64,000 bases of DNA from Gemmatimonadota bacterium (GTDB lineage Bacteria > Gemmatimonadota > Gemmatimonadetes > Gemmatimonadales > Gemmatimonadaceae). Numbering within the stretch: the stretch's first letter is position 1; the number at the start of each line of letters is the position of its first letter. Below, one piece after another: positions 20,527-30,055 of the stretch. The notes beneath the pieces are model-generated. The model had not been told where the DNA came from, ran no database searches, and saw nothing but the letters and a program-made list of their open reading frames with translations. The stretch spans positions 19,651 to 83,650 of the forward strand of contig JAZJZK010000013.1 of assembly GCA_040389905.1 (NCBI GenBank). The letters are read 5' to 3'. A program made the translations under genes and the position numbers.

Positions 20527-21036
20527 ATGCCGCCAGCCGCCCAACCCACTTGTCCGTTCTGCGACCTCATCCGCGGAGCCGCGGAGGTTTCGATGTGCTA
20601 CGAGGACGCCGACGTTGTGGCATTCATGGACGTTCAGCCGGTGAACGCCGGACATGTGCTCGTCGTGCCCCGGGAGCATTTCGAATCCCTCGAGGACATT
20701 CCGCATGCGTTGGCGATGCATCTCTTCGAGGTTGCGATGGAACTTGCGCCGGTCGTGAAGAACGTGGCGAATGCGGACGGGTTGAACGTCGTGGTGAACA
20801 GCGGCGCGGCGGCAGGGCAGGACATCTTCCATTATCACGTCCACGTCATTCCGCGTCGTCCGGATGATGGATTCGAGGTGTCGCTGCCGTTTGCGGGATC
20901 GTCGATGCCGGATCGTACAGTGCTCGACATGAACGCAGCGCGGATCATCGCGGCGTTTCGTGATCCGGTTGCAACGAAGGCGCGGACGGAGCGAAGAGCA
21001 GGGGAGCGCCGGGTCGGCGCTGGCGTCGAGGCGTGA
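20527..21036 (+). CDS. HIT family protein
   Basis: CPFC, GHVLVVP, GQDIFHYHVHVIPR histidine triad; SD GGAG upstream. Confidence 0.92.
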   Translation: MPPAAQPTCPFCDLIRGAAEVSMCYEDADVVAFMDVQPVNAGHVLVVPREHFESLEDIPHALAMHLFEVAMELAPVVKNVANADGLNVVVNSGAAAGQDIFHYHVHVIPRRPDDGFEVSLPFAGSSMPDRTVLDMNAARIIAAFRDPVATKARTERRAGERRVGAGVEA

Positions 21037-21111
21037 GGTCTTAGTGCGCCGCACATCAGATGTGTCAGGTGCTCAGTGATCAGCCGCGGCTAGCAGATTA
21101 TCAGTGGGGTG
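21030..21111. repeat. Solo copy of the 1836-2000 repeat family
   Basis: GGCGTGAGGTCTTAGTGCGCC..CAGGTGCTCAGTGATCAGCCGC matches the reverse complement of ~1921-2001. Confidence 0.8.
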
Positions 21112-21160
21112 GAGGTCTGCTTGCATCGTCGCCGTAGGCACAGATGCTCAGGGTGCGCTG

Positions 21161-21406
21161 TTCCGCTCGTTTTGTCGCCTGCCTGCCCTCGAGGAGCGCA
21201 AGCGACGAAGGGAGCGAAGCGAAGGGCCTGCATCTGTTGTCACGCGAGCGCGGTCGAGGGATCTACACCTGAACTAAGTTCCGCTCGTTTTGTCGTTCCG
21301 AACAGAGCGACGGGCCTGCACCCAGGGGCGCACCCGCGCGTACTCGAGGTGTCTAGACCTCGCGCAGTTGCGCTCGGTTGTCGCCCTGTGCGCACGGAAG
21401 GGCCTG
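21161..21406 (+). repeat. Cluster of ~4 degenerate TTGTC-tagged REP-like units (GIY-YIG-flanking family)
   Basis: Units at ~21161-21235, 21236-21270, 21279-21322 and 21376-21406, each containing TTGTC and ending in GGGCCTG(CA) or GGGATCTACACCT. Confidence 0.7.
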
Positions 21407-21602
21407 GGCCGTCGGGTGCCACCCACCGCGATGCCGCGCGCAGCACAACTGCGCTGCGTCGCAAAAGCGCGACTAGGCGTAACGTTCGCAAGAGACTTTA
21501 TTCGCCGAGTAGCGCGGACACGATCCCGATGGTATCCTGCGTCCGAATCGTACGCAACGCTCCTGCGCTGCCGGACTAAGACACATTTAAAGAGGAAGGC
21601 AG

Positions 21603-24584
21603 ATGAAATACGACGGCACGCAGCGGCCGAGGACGAGCTTACGTATGGGTGAAATGCGCATCCTCGTGAGTGCGTTAACATTCGGATTTGCGATGAGCTG
21701 TGTCGACCTCACCTCCCCGCCAAACGCCGCCATGGTGCCGGGAGTCGCGAACACGTCTCGGCTCGATGGCCTAAGTGGGGGAACCCTCGGGTTCTATTTC
21801 GTCACGCCGATTCAGGCCAACCAGCCTGTCTATTTCGGCCAGTTCGACCCGACGCGGTCGCCGACGATCGAGATCTGCAAGTGGGTTAATGGAGCATGTG
21901 AGGGCCCGCTCGTGGCCAGCTACTCGGGGTCTGCCATCACTGTTTCCACGTCGGGTAAATACTATCGCGCCGACTGGCCGGTCATGACGATTCCGAGGGA
22001 CGCGTTGTACCGGATTCGTGTTCTCGAGAACGGCGTGCAACTCGGATTTACCGATGCTCAATGGGTACCGTCGGGTATGACCCCCGCGATGCTCATGGCA
22101 CAGAGAATCGTTCCCCTTGGGAACGCCTCGTATCTCTCGATTCGATTCCGCCTCACGATTGAGACACCGGTACCAGCTATCGCGCCGGACACCGTGCCGG
22201 TTGGTTACGACAATTTCAGTCGCGCCATAACCGAGACCGCGCGTTGGTACGGCGACGTGCTGCCAGATGTGGCGGTGGTCATTTTCAAGCCCAACACTAC
22301 ACAGGTACAGAAGCAGGCGGCCATCGATCGGATGGGCGGCGTCGTTATTGGCGGGAGGCGAGTCACTGGGCACGATGGTGTCTATCTCATCCGTGTTCCC
22401 TCTGATGGTACCACCGGAAACCTGTTCAATATGCTGGACACCCTGAAGACTTTGCCTGTGATCAGCGTTGCCATACCGGAGCAACTCTTCACTGAGGCGA
22501 CCACATACGTACGACCGAACGATGGACCGAGCTTTGCCAAGAATCTGTGGCGACTCAATCCGGACAGCGCGTTCGGGAGTTCGTCGCGACGCACTTGGGC
22601 ACTCGAAGCCATCAATGCGCCGATGGCCTGGGGATGCTCGACCGGTGGAACGACGAAGATCGAAGTCATCGATATGGGTCATCACAGGGTCGGCGACATT
22701 GTCGCCAACGTCGATACCTCGAACAACCTACCTGGCTACGCGTTCAGCCATGGAACACGCGTCTCCTCCGTGATTGCCGCGAAAGGAAACAACGCGAGTG
22801 GGATGACCGGTGTTATGTGGGATGCCAAGCTGAATCTACAAGACGTGTCAGTAGATAGCGCGGGCAACTATTCGTTTGTCGGCGGCACGGTAAAGGGCGA
22901 GCCGCGCATGAACGGGAGCACGATGCTAAAGACGCTCTTCGACATCGGGACTACCGGTGCGCGAGTCGTGAACATCTCGCTCGGACAGAGAGGAGTTCAC
23001 GCTGGCCCGCCGAGTGCGGGGGCGAACAAGGCCCGAGCTGACTATGGCCACGCCGCGGCAGAGGCGGTATCGAGTGTGCCCACTGCGAGCCACCCCCTGT
23101 GGGTCATATCCGCGGGAAACATGTACAATGCAAGCAATGCTGGTTGGGCTCCGACCACGGGAATCGCCGATAGCTTGCCCTTCGAATCCCTGCTCGTCAC
23201 TGGCGCGAGCTTCAATTCCGGAGCACTTCTTACGGAGGCAACAGGGACCGGCAACATCGACGTTGCTGCACCTGGAGAAGACGTCGCCGTCGACGACGCG
23301 AACGGCATCACCGCGCAGAGTGGCTCGAGCTTTGGAACCGCAATGGTCAGCGGAACGGCCGGACTTCTGTTCTCGTGGGATTCCACGCTGACCGCAACAC
23401 AGGCTCAACTGTATATCCTCGCGGGGGCCCAAGCCGGAGGAAGAACAGCGGGTGGCTATCCCTTGCTCGACGCCTACCAGGCGTTACGAAGCGCGGCACG
23501 ACATTCCGGTAGGCCCCTTTGTGGAAACCGGGTGTACAACAGCGGCAACAAGATCGTCGTCGATCGCGGAACCGTGAGAGACACGATAGGTCCGGCGCCG
23601 GAAGGATTCCGTGGAATCAACGTGAAGCACGGTGGGCATCGGATCGAAGTGTATGCCCGACCGACCAGCGTCGCCTTCACGTTCGCCAATGGACAATGGA
23701 CGTCGTCGACCACCGCCTTCTTTCCTCCCACCGCGCCCAACGACGGTGGAGCGTACAATGGTGTTGAACAACTGATGCACGACGGCGACACGCTCGTGAT
23801 GCCGCGCTACTTCCGCGACACAACCAAACTCTTCGTCATGGATACGATCAGCTATTCGGAGACGAAGATCGGAAGCAACTACATTCACACCCCGATGCCG
23901 ACCACTGCCATGGTGGGCAGCTGCGACTACGAGCGTCTCAACGGCACCTCTGGTCAATGGGAGTGCATTCACAGCCAATACTACCACGGCGAAGAACAGA
24001 CGCGTCTGATCAGCGTTGACGCCGTCGCATCCGCACAACGATCGAGCTTCGTCGCATTTGCGTACTTCACGACGAAGGATACCGGCGCCGTGCCCGCGAT
24101 GTCGGATTGTGAAGTACCGGGGCCGCTCCCGGAAACTGGGCACTGTAGAGAGCGACGCTTCTATCTCTTCACGCACGATTCTCTACAGCTTTACGACATC
24201 AGTTTGAATACTGGAGCGCTACACTATCTCGGAAGCCTGGTCGGAGCCCGTGCAAACCAGATGGTGGTTTCGGAAGACGGCTCCGAGCTGGTGCTCGGAT
24301 ACGAGAAGCTGCCGGCCGGTATTCCGTCTTCAGAGATTACAACGGGAAGCGGCGCGATCGAGGTTTCGCGGCCCCCTGCGGCTATTACGTGCGTCGTCGC
24401 GTCAATCCCGATCACAAGGTCGGCCGGAGCAATCTCACTTGGCGTTTGGACGGAGCTTTCCCGGACATCGGCGCTTGATCGATGCATCATCGCTGGGGCA
24501 GCTATGGGCCCGCCAACATTTGCGCCGCGGCGAACGCCGGTCGCTCCCGGGCTCAAGCCACGCGTTTTTCCACGCCAACACTGA
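21603..24584 (+). CDS. S8 subtilisin-like serine protease, multidomain, likely lipoprotein
   Basis: VIDMG (Asp), SHGTRVSSVI (His), SAGN (oxyanion), SGSSFGTAMVSG (Ser); FAMSC lipobox-like. Start may be ~21645-21654. Confidence 0.85.
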   Translation: MKYDGTQRPRTSLRMGEMRILVSALTFGFAMSCVDLTSPPNAAMVPGVANTSRLDGLSGGTLGFYFVTPIQANQPVYFGQFDPTRSPTIEICKWVNGACEGPLVASYSGSAITVSTSGKYYRADWPVMTIPRDALYRIRVLENGVQLGFTDAQWVPSGMTPAMLMAQRIVPLGNASYLSIRFRLTIETPVPAIAPDTVPVGYDNFSRAITETARWYGDVLPDVAVVIFKPNTTQVQKQAAIDRMGGVVIGGRRVTGHDGVYLIRVPSDGTTGNLFNMLDTLKTLPVISVAIPEQLFTEATTYVRPNDGPSFAKNLWRLNPDSAFGSSSRRTWALEAINAPMAWGCSTGGTTKIEVIDMGHHRVGDIVANVDTSNNLPGYAFSHGTRVSSVIAAKGNNASGMTGVMWDAKLNLQDVSVDSAGNYSFVGGTVKGEPRMNGSTMLKTLFDIGTTGARVVNISLGQRGVHAGPPSAGANKARADYGHAAAEAVSSVPTASHPLWVISAGNMYNASNAGWAPTTGIADSLPFESLLVTGASFNSGALLTEATGTGNIDVAAPGEDVAVDDANGITAQSGSSFGTAMVSGTAGLLFSWDSTLTATQAQLYILAGAQAGGRTAGGYPLLDAYQALRSAARHSGRPLCGNRVYNSGNKIVVDRGTVRDTIGPAPEGFRGINVKHGGHRIEVYARPTSVAFTFANGQWTSSTTAFFPPTAPNDGGAYNGVEQLMHDGDTLVMPRYFRDTTKLFVMDTISYSETKIGSNYIHTPMPTTAMVGSCDYERLNGTSGQWECIHSQYYHGEEQTRLISVDAVASAQRSSFVAFAYFTTKDTGAVPAMSDCEVPGPLPETGHCRERRFYLFTHDSLQLYDISLNTGALHYLGSLVGARANQMVVSEDGSELVLGYEKLPAGIPSSEITTGSGAIEVSRPPAAITCVVASIPITRSAGAISLGVWTELSRTSALDRCIIAGAAMGPPTFAPRRTPVAPGLKPRVFPRQH

Positions 24585-24595
24585 GCAAATCAACC

Positions 24596-25093
24596 ATGTC
24601 CGAAATCCGTCGAGCCAGAATCATTCCAGAACTGAGTTGGAGTGTGCGAACTGCCTGTCTATCTCTCCTTGCGATCTCGGTACCATTGCTCGCCCAGAGC
24701 ACACCTCGTATCTGCGACGCGCACGGGACGGCGGTCGGGACCGCGGCAGCGGTTGCCTCATATGACACGGTGCCTCCTGAAACTGCGACGCCAACCTCGA
24801 TTCGAGGGCAGGTGGTCAATACCGAAGGACGTCCGGTGAACATGATTTTGATGCTGTTCAACAACATCAGAGACACCCTTCCGATTCGTACAGTTCGAAC
24901 GAACGCGGCGGGCGACTTTTCAATTGACAACGTGCCGTCTTCTCGACGATACGTCCTTCGAACGCGGGAAGCCAGATTCCTGACGCAATGGTATGAACTT
25001 CAGCTTTTGCAAGGTAAGATTGACTCGATCTGCGTGCGCGTTCGGTTCAGGCCGTCAGAACAGCTGCCTGCCACTGGAGCGCGCCCAGGCTAG
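24596..25093 (+). CDS. Secreted protein with carboxypeptidase-regulatory-like (Cna-B-type) domain
   Basis: Signal-like segment; IRGQVVNTEGRPV...RTNAAGDFSIDNVP pattern. Confidence 0.65.
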   Translation: MSEIRRARIIPELSWSVRTACLSLLAISVPLLAQSTPRICDAHGTAVGTAAAVASYDTVPPETATPTSIRGQVVNTEGRPVNMILMLFNNIRDTLPIRTVRTNAAGDFSIDNVPSSRRYVLRTREARFLTQWYELQLLQGKIDSICVRVRFRPSEQLPATGARPG

Positions 25094-25194
25094 ATGTCGG
25101 CGTTTCAAGGTAACCGCATCTGAAAATCGAACTCAAATTTCCTCTTGCGCAATCCGCGTTTTTCCCACACTAATACCGCACGACCCGCCCAGAC

Positions 25195-25362
25195 TCGCAG
25201 CGGAGGCCAGTGACGTTTACTGCCCGACACCGGATGGACGATGCAGGCGCGTTGCGACCCCACGGGTTGCGACGCCTCGTCAGCCTCTCCGCTGCGACCC
25301 AGACCACGATGTGCGACGCCCCGCGTCAGGAACTCCTTCCTGAGCGGGGCGTCGTCTTTTCT
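25195..25362 (+). ncRNA. Candidate structured leader RNA with terminator-like hairpin upstream of HNH gene
   Basis: Stems 25195-25205/25287-25297, 25211-15/25278-82, 25249-60/25264-75; hairpin 25314-25354 followed by TCTTTTCT. Confidence 0.5.
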
Positions 25363-25373
25363 AGCGAGGTGCA

Positions 25374-25787
25374 ATGCCCGCTCGACACGGTCACCGCGTC
25401 CCTCTCTCCCGTTCAACCCGCACCGTCACCCGCCGCGTTCGACGCGTGGCTCCCGCAGAGCAGAAGCGCGCGATCAAGCTCGCGGCCATGCGCGATTGTG
25501 GGCGCCGCTGCGTCTACTGCGCCGCGCCGCTGGAGTATGCGCGCGCAACATTAGACCACGTCTATCCGCTTGCCAAAGGGGGCGCCAACGCGCCCGGCAA
25601 CGTCGTCGCCGCATGCCCGTCCTGTAATCGGCTCAAGGCCGACATGCTCCCCGTCGAGTTCTTCATGCGCTATCCCTGGGCGGGAAGCAACTTCATTCAC
25701 CATGCCCGTGCCGTACACCGCGCGCTCAAGCGCATGGCCCGGCGAGCGGTGAGTCTGGCGTTTGCCGGGGTCCCTGCCGCAGCTTAG
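25374..25787 (+). CDS. HNH endonuclease
   Basis: RCVYCA..ATLDHVYPLAKGG...NVVAACPSCNRLK; SD GAGGT upstream. Confidence 0.9.
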   Translation: MPARHGHRVPLSRSTRTVTRRVRRVAPAEQKRAIKLAAMRDCGRRCVYCAAPLEYARATLDHVYPLAKGGANAPGNVVAACPSCNRLKADMLPVEFFMRYPWAGSNFIHHARAVHRALKRMARRAVSLAFAGVPAAA

Positions 25788-25790
25788 CGC

Positions 25791-26177
25791 ATGCGACAGA
25801 ACATCTCATCAGGAACAACGTGGGAGCCCATCGTCGGCTACTCGCGTGCGGTGCGCGTCGGCAACGTCGTGCACGTCTCGGGAACCACGGCGACCAACGC
25901 TGACGGACAACTCGTTGGCGTTGGAGACCCGGGCGCGCAGACGAGGCAGGCGATCGAGAACATCCGGAGCGCGCTCGAAAAGGCGGGCGCGCGTCTCGAT
26001 CACGTGGTTCGGACGAGAATGTACGTCACCGACATCAGCCGCTGGGAGGATATCGGCCGCGTGCATGGCGAGTACTTCAGTGACATCAGGCCCGCGACAT
26101 CGATGGTCGAAGTCCGCAACCTCATCGATCCCGACATGCTCGTCGAGATCGAAGCGGAGGCAGTGATTACGGATTGA
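25791..26177 (+). CDS. RidA/YjgF family protein
   Basis: [39 protein letters not shown]. Confidence 0.93.
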   Translation: MRQNISSGTTWEPIVGYSRAVRVGNVVHVSGTTATNADGQLVGVGDPGAQTRQAIENIRSALEKAGARLDHVVRTRMYVTDISRWEDIGRVHGEYFSDIRPATSMVEVRNLIDPDMLVEIEAEAVITD

Positions 26178-26661
26178 TCGGGAAGGGCGCGTTCCGGATC
26201 ACTTGCGAGGGTGTCTTCCAGCCACCGGCCGGTTCTCGCTGTGTGGAAGGGCGCGGTGCAGACGGACGTCCAGCGGCAGCAGGAGCCGGTTCAGGAACCG
26301 GATCCATCCGTGGCGCCTCGACTGGGGCGACTTCCTCCTCGACGCGCGTCACCGTTGGCGCCGGAGCGGGCGTCTCATGCTTCACACTCGCCACAGCTGC
26401 AGCCCGTCCATGTACCGCACTCGGCGCACGCGACTTGGCTGGCGCCTTCGGCGACGGCGTCGGGCTCTTCAACCGCTCGCTTGCGGATACGATATCCACT
26501 CGCGGCGATGAGATGCTGGCGAGCTGAACGTCACCCGCGCCAATCTTGGCCAAGTCCTGCTTCAGGTCGTCAGCCAGGACTGGCTTGTCGGTCGAATTCG
26601 AGCACGCCGCAATCGTGACGAGCGCGAGCGTGCCGACGGAGAATCGCAGTGAGTTTCGCAT
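26167..26661 (-). CDS. Hypothetical lipoprotein
   Basis: IAAC lipobox; Pro/Ala-rich body. Confidence 0.7.
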   Translation of the reverse strand: MRNSLRFSVGTLALVTIAACSNSTDKPVLADDLKQDLAKIGAGDVQLASISSPRVDIVSASERLKSPTPSPKAPAKSRAPSAVHGRAAAVASVKHETPAPAPTVTRVEEEVAPVEAPRMDPVPEPAPAAAGRPSAPRPSTQREPAGGWKTPSQVIRNAPFPINP

Positions 26662-26694
26662 GGAGTAGCATACCCCAACGCGACAAAAAGGGTC

Positions 26695-27414
26695 TCACCG
26701 GTTCGAGTGCCAGACGCGCTTTCCCTGAGCGATCTCGTCCATGGCGCGCTTGGTCGTCACCGACGTCGTCTCTTCAGCAGTGATATCGCGCGATGCGTCG
26801 GCAAAATCATCGTTGTGCTTGATGAGGAGCCACTGCGGCCTGCCCGGTCGCTTCATCCGCACGAGGACGAACGACCCTTTGAGCCGCTGGCCATTGAGCA
26901 CGATCTTGAGGTCGCCGCGCTTGTATCCCTCGCGCAGCGACTCCGCACCGCCACCATCCTCGGCGTCGTAGTTCCCGCGGTCCCACAGCATCACCGTGCC
27001 GCCGCCATACTCGCCCTGCGGAATCGTCCCTTCGAAGCTGTTGTATTCGATGGGGTGATCCTCGACTTCCATCGCGAGTCGCTTCACGGAGGGATCGAGG
27101 CTTGGTCCCTTCGGTACGGCCCACGACTTCATCACGCCGTCGAGCTCGAGGCGGAAGTCGAAGTGCAGGTGACTCGCTGCGTGTTTCTGTATGACGAAGT
27201 GGAGGACCTTCGCGCGCTTGGTGGGCGCCTTGCCCGCTGGCTCTTTCGTACGCGTGAAATCACGTTTGCGCTTGTACTCGGCGAGCGGCTTGTCCTTCTT
27301 CGCCGCGACCTTCTTCACGGTCTTTTTCACGGCCTTTTTCACGGCCTTTTTCACGGCCTTTTTCACGGCCTTTTTCACGACCTTCTTCGCTACTCGCTTC
27401 TTCGTCGTCGGCAT
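26695..27414 (-). CDS. Stand-alone LigD 3'-phosphoesterase domain protein with histone-like Lys-rich N-terminus
   Basis: EYKRKRDFTRTKEP, FVIQKHAASHLHFDFRLE, KSWAVPKGPS, EDHPIEY, YGGGTVMLWDRG. Confidence 0.9.
   Translation of the reverse strand: MPTTKKRVAKKVVKKAVKKAVKKAVKKAVKKTVKKVAAKKDKPLAEYKRKRDFTRTKEPAGKAPTKRAKVLHFVIQKHAASHLHFDFRLELDGVMKSWAVPKGPSLDPSVKRLAMEVEDHPIEYNSFEGTIPQGEYGGGTVMLWDRGNYDAEDGGGAESLREGYKRGDLKIVLNGQRLKGSFVLVRMKRPGRPQWLLIKHNDDFADASRDITAEETTSVTTKRAMDEIAQGKRVWHSNR
27323..27380. repeat. 12-bp coding tandem repeat (KKAV)n
   Basis: TTTTTCACGGCC x4 plus a partial fifth copy. Confidence 0.9.
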
Positions 27415-27449
27415 GCCCGCAGTTTTTTGCGAAGACCGTGCCGTCGAAT

Positions 27450-29288
27450 TCAGTAGTCGACTGGCCGCAGATAGCTCTCCCCGATCATCGACGAACTGAG
27501 CATCGCCACCGTCGGTAGACGCCGCTTCCAATGCGTGCTCGATAGCCGCTTCCTCACAAGCGCCACCTCCGCCGCATCGAAGCCACGCGCCACGAGATCC
27601 CCCTCGCTGTAGCCATTCAACATCCAGTTCAGTAACTCGTCCGCTTTCGCATAACTGATCCCGAAGTCGCCTTCGTCCGTTTGCCCGACGACGAGATCTG
27701 CCGACGGCGCCTTCCCGACGATTACCTCGGGAACGCCAAGGTGCCGAGCCAGCGCCCACACCTGCGTCTTGAAGAGATCGCCGAGTGGGTTGATCGGTGG
27801 CGAGTCGTCGGCGTGCCAGGTGAAGTAGCCGAACAGCCGCTCCGTCTTGTTCCCAGTGCCTAGCGGAATCGCATGATACTTCGCAGACAGGTCGAAGAGC
27901 GCAATCATCCTCGTGCGCGCCATGACGTTCCCTCGACGCGAGCCATCCGCGTCCGTCTCGTTCGCGAGGTATCCGTCAACCGCGCCAGTGATGTCGAGCG
28001 TACGCCCCTCGATACCGAGCGCGTCGATGACGAGTTGTCCGTGCTCCAGACTCTCCGGACTCGACGACCGGTACGGCATCCGCACACCAATAACATTCTC
28101 GGCGCCGAGTGCGCGCGCGGCGAGATACGCGGTAACGGCTGAATCCACGCCGCCTGACACGCCGACGACGGCGCGCGTAAACCGACGCCGTTTCATTTCG
28201 TCCTGCAGGAACTTCACGAGCCACGATTCCACGAGCGCGCCGTCGATCTCGAGCGTCGGCGGCCCGCCCCCGGCGTCGTTGTTGACGACGATCACGCTCG
28301 TCGCGGGCGCTGCCCCCGCCGCGGCCCTCGCCCATGCCCCGAGTTCCCTCTCCCCAGTCGACGCAATCTGTTCGATACCATCGAACGTGAGCTGGTGCGG
28401 CGTTCCCGCGTCCACCTTCGCCATCGTATCGCGCAGGTGCGGAAGCATCGTTTCGAGATCGGCGATCAGTGGCATGTCGGCACGCGCCCGCGTCACGTCG
28501 TCGAGATCGATGCGCGCGATGACGAGCGCTTCCTCCCACAGCGGTCCGCGCGTGCGCAGCTCGCCCTTCGGGCCAGCGAGCATGGCCGTTCCGGGAAACT
28601 GCTTGCCTCCCTCGCTTCCGACGAGATTCACAAGGGCGACATAAACTCCGTGCTCATCGGCCATGTCGCGCGCGAGACGCTCCCACCGTGACACACTCGC
28701 GGGGCCTGGAACGTCATCCGGTTTCGGCCACGCGCCGCGCGCCGGTGGCGCCGTTGGTACCAGAAGTATCTGGGCGCCGTCGAGCGCCGCAATCGTGCCG
28801 GTCAGCGAATGCCACACATCTTCGCAGACCAGCATCGCCACGCGCCCGAACCTCGTGTCGAACGCACGGATCTCTCGGCCGCGCTCGACGAAGCGCTCTT
28901 CGTCGAACATCCCATATGTCGGCAGGAACACCTTGCGGTGCACATGCCGCACGAGCGGGATCGTTTCGCCAAGTGAGACGTACAGGGCGCTGTTATAGAG
29001 CTTGTTGTGCCACACCTCATAGAAGCCGACGCAGACGTCCACCGGCGGTCCGTCGCCATACGTCCGATGCAGATCAGCGGCGAGCGTACCAGCCGTCACC
29101 GCATGCTCGCGGACCCCTCCTTCGAGGAAGTATCCGCTCAGCGCAGACTCGGGAAAACACACGACATCCGGGCGCGGTTCGAGCGCAGCCGACTGTGCGA
29201 GAAACTCACCGATGCGCGCAAGGTTGCCAGCGTAGTCGCCCTTGCGCGGCTGGAACTGAGCGAGTGCGAGTGTGACGAAGTGGGACAT
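27450..29288 (-). CDS. nadE: Glutamine-dependent NAD+ synthetase (nitrilase + synthetase domains)
   Basis: FPE..RK..LPTYGMFDEERF..CED; GVSGGVDS, GNVMARTRM, GTGNKTE, DLFKTQV, PSADL. Confidence 0.95.
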   Translation of the reverse strand: MSHFVTLALAQFQPRKGDYAGNLARIGEFLAQSAALEPRPDVVCFPESALSGYFLEGGVREHAVTAGTLAADLHRTYGDGPPVDVCVGFYEVWHNKLYNSALYVSLGETIPLVRHVHRKVFLPTYGMFDEERFVERGREIRAFDTRFGRVAMLVCEDVWHSLTGTIAALDGAQILLVPTAPPARGAWPKPDDVPGPASVSRWERLARDMADEHGVYVALVNLVGSEGGKQFPGTAMLAGPKGELRTRGPLWEEALVIARIDLDDVTRARADMPLIADLETMLPHLRDTMAKVDAGTPHQLTFDGIEQIASTGERELGAWARAAAGAAPATSVIVVNNDAGGGPPTLEIDGALVESWLVKFLQDEMKRRRFTRAVVGVSGGVDSAVTAYLAARALGAENVIGVRMPYRSSSPESLEHGQLVIDALGIEGRTLDITGAVDGYLANETDADGSRRGNVMARTRMIALFDLSAKYHAIPLGTGNKTERLFGYFTWHADDSPPINPLGDLFKTQVWALARHLGVPEVIVGKAPSADLVVGQTDEGDFGISYAKADELLNWMLNGYSEGDLVARGFDAAEVALVRKRLSSTHWKRRLPTVAMLSSSMIGESYLRPVDY

Positions 29289-29347
29289 TCAATGAAGAAT
29301 GACCGCCGACTCGGAGCGAGACAAGGCGCGGTGCCTCTCGCCGCACC

Positions 29348-29390
29348 TCCGCCCGTTTTGTCGCCCGGAGTGAAACGAAGGGCCCGCACC
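29348..29390 (+). repeat. TTGTC-tagged REP-like unit
   Basis: TCCGCCCGTTTTGTCGCCCGGAGTGAAACGAAGGGCCCGCACC resembles the 21161/21279 and 59105 units. Confidence 0.65.
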
Positions 29391-29587
29391 GCATGCTGTT
29401 CCCACATCACAAATGTGGTGTGGATAAGCTGTCAAGAGCAAAATGCAGCGAGCCAGGCGCCGCGCAACTCGTTACACCACATTCGATTATGCGACAGATG
29501 CCTCGCAGCGCGCGTCCACCTGGAAAACGCTCCTACTCGAGAGTGAGAAAACAACCCTTTAGTAGGGGGACCAAAGTTGAACCTTCG

Positions 29588-29883
29588 ACCGCAGCCTCCC
29601 AGACGTCCTTCACACCAGTCCAATCACAATCCGCACCCGTCCAGCGACCACTCACACTCGTTCGACCTCCAAACACGCTCCATCAGCACGCAACCCCAAC
29701 GCATCAACCCGCACGCCCCAGCCTTCACGGCACCCTTCACACCTGCCATCACCCGATCCGCGCCAGAACTGCCCGATATCACACCAATCCAGCGCCCAGC
29801 ACACACCAGTCCAACTGGCACTCACACCCAATCAGCCGCCATCCGCAGCCATTACGACTCCACTCTCACCGCAACTGACTCGA
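29588..29883 (+). repeat. Degenerate 21-nt tandem array (~14 units), C/A-rich
   Basis: Units align at 21-nt period, approximate consensus YYCRCACCNNNYCARCNNNCA; exact 13-mer CACACCAGTCCAA at 29611 and 29802. Confidence 0.75.
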
Positions 29884-30055
29884 TGAACAGCGCATCAACG
29901 ACCAAGCACACGTCGCGAAACACGCGTCACATCAAAACAGACGTCCACTTCGCGGTAATAGCCACCAGTGACACCCAACCAGGTCGACGTGACGGACGCG
30001 CACGCCGATTCCCACGCAATCCCGCGCCCACCACCATTTCCAAAGGCTACCCATC

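Noticed and set aside
29399..29580. Replication origin
   Set aside because: Only one perfect DnaA box, no AT-rich unwinding element, no dnaA/dnaN context.
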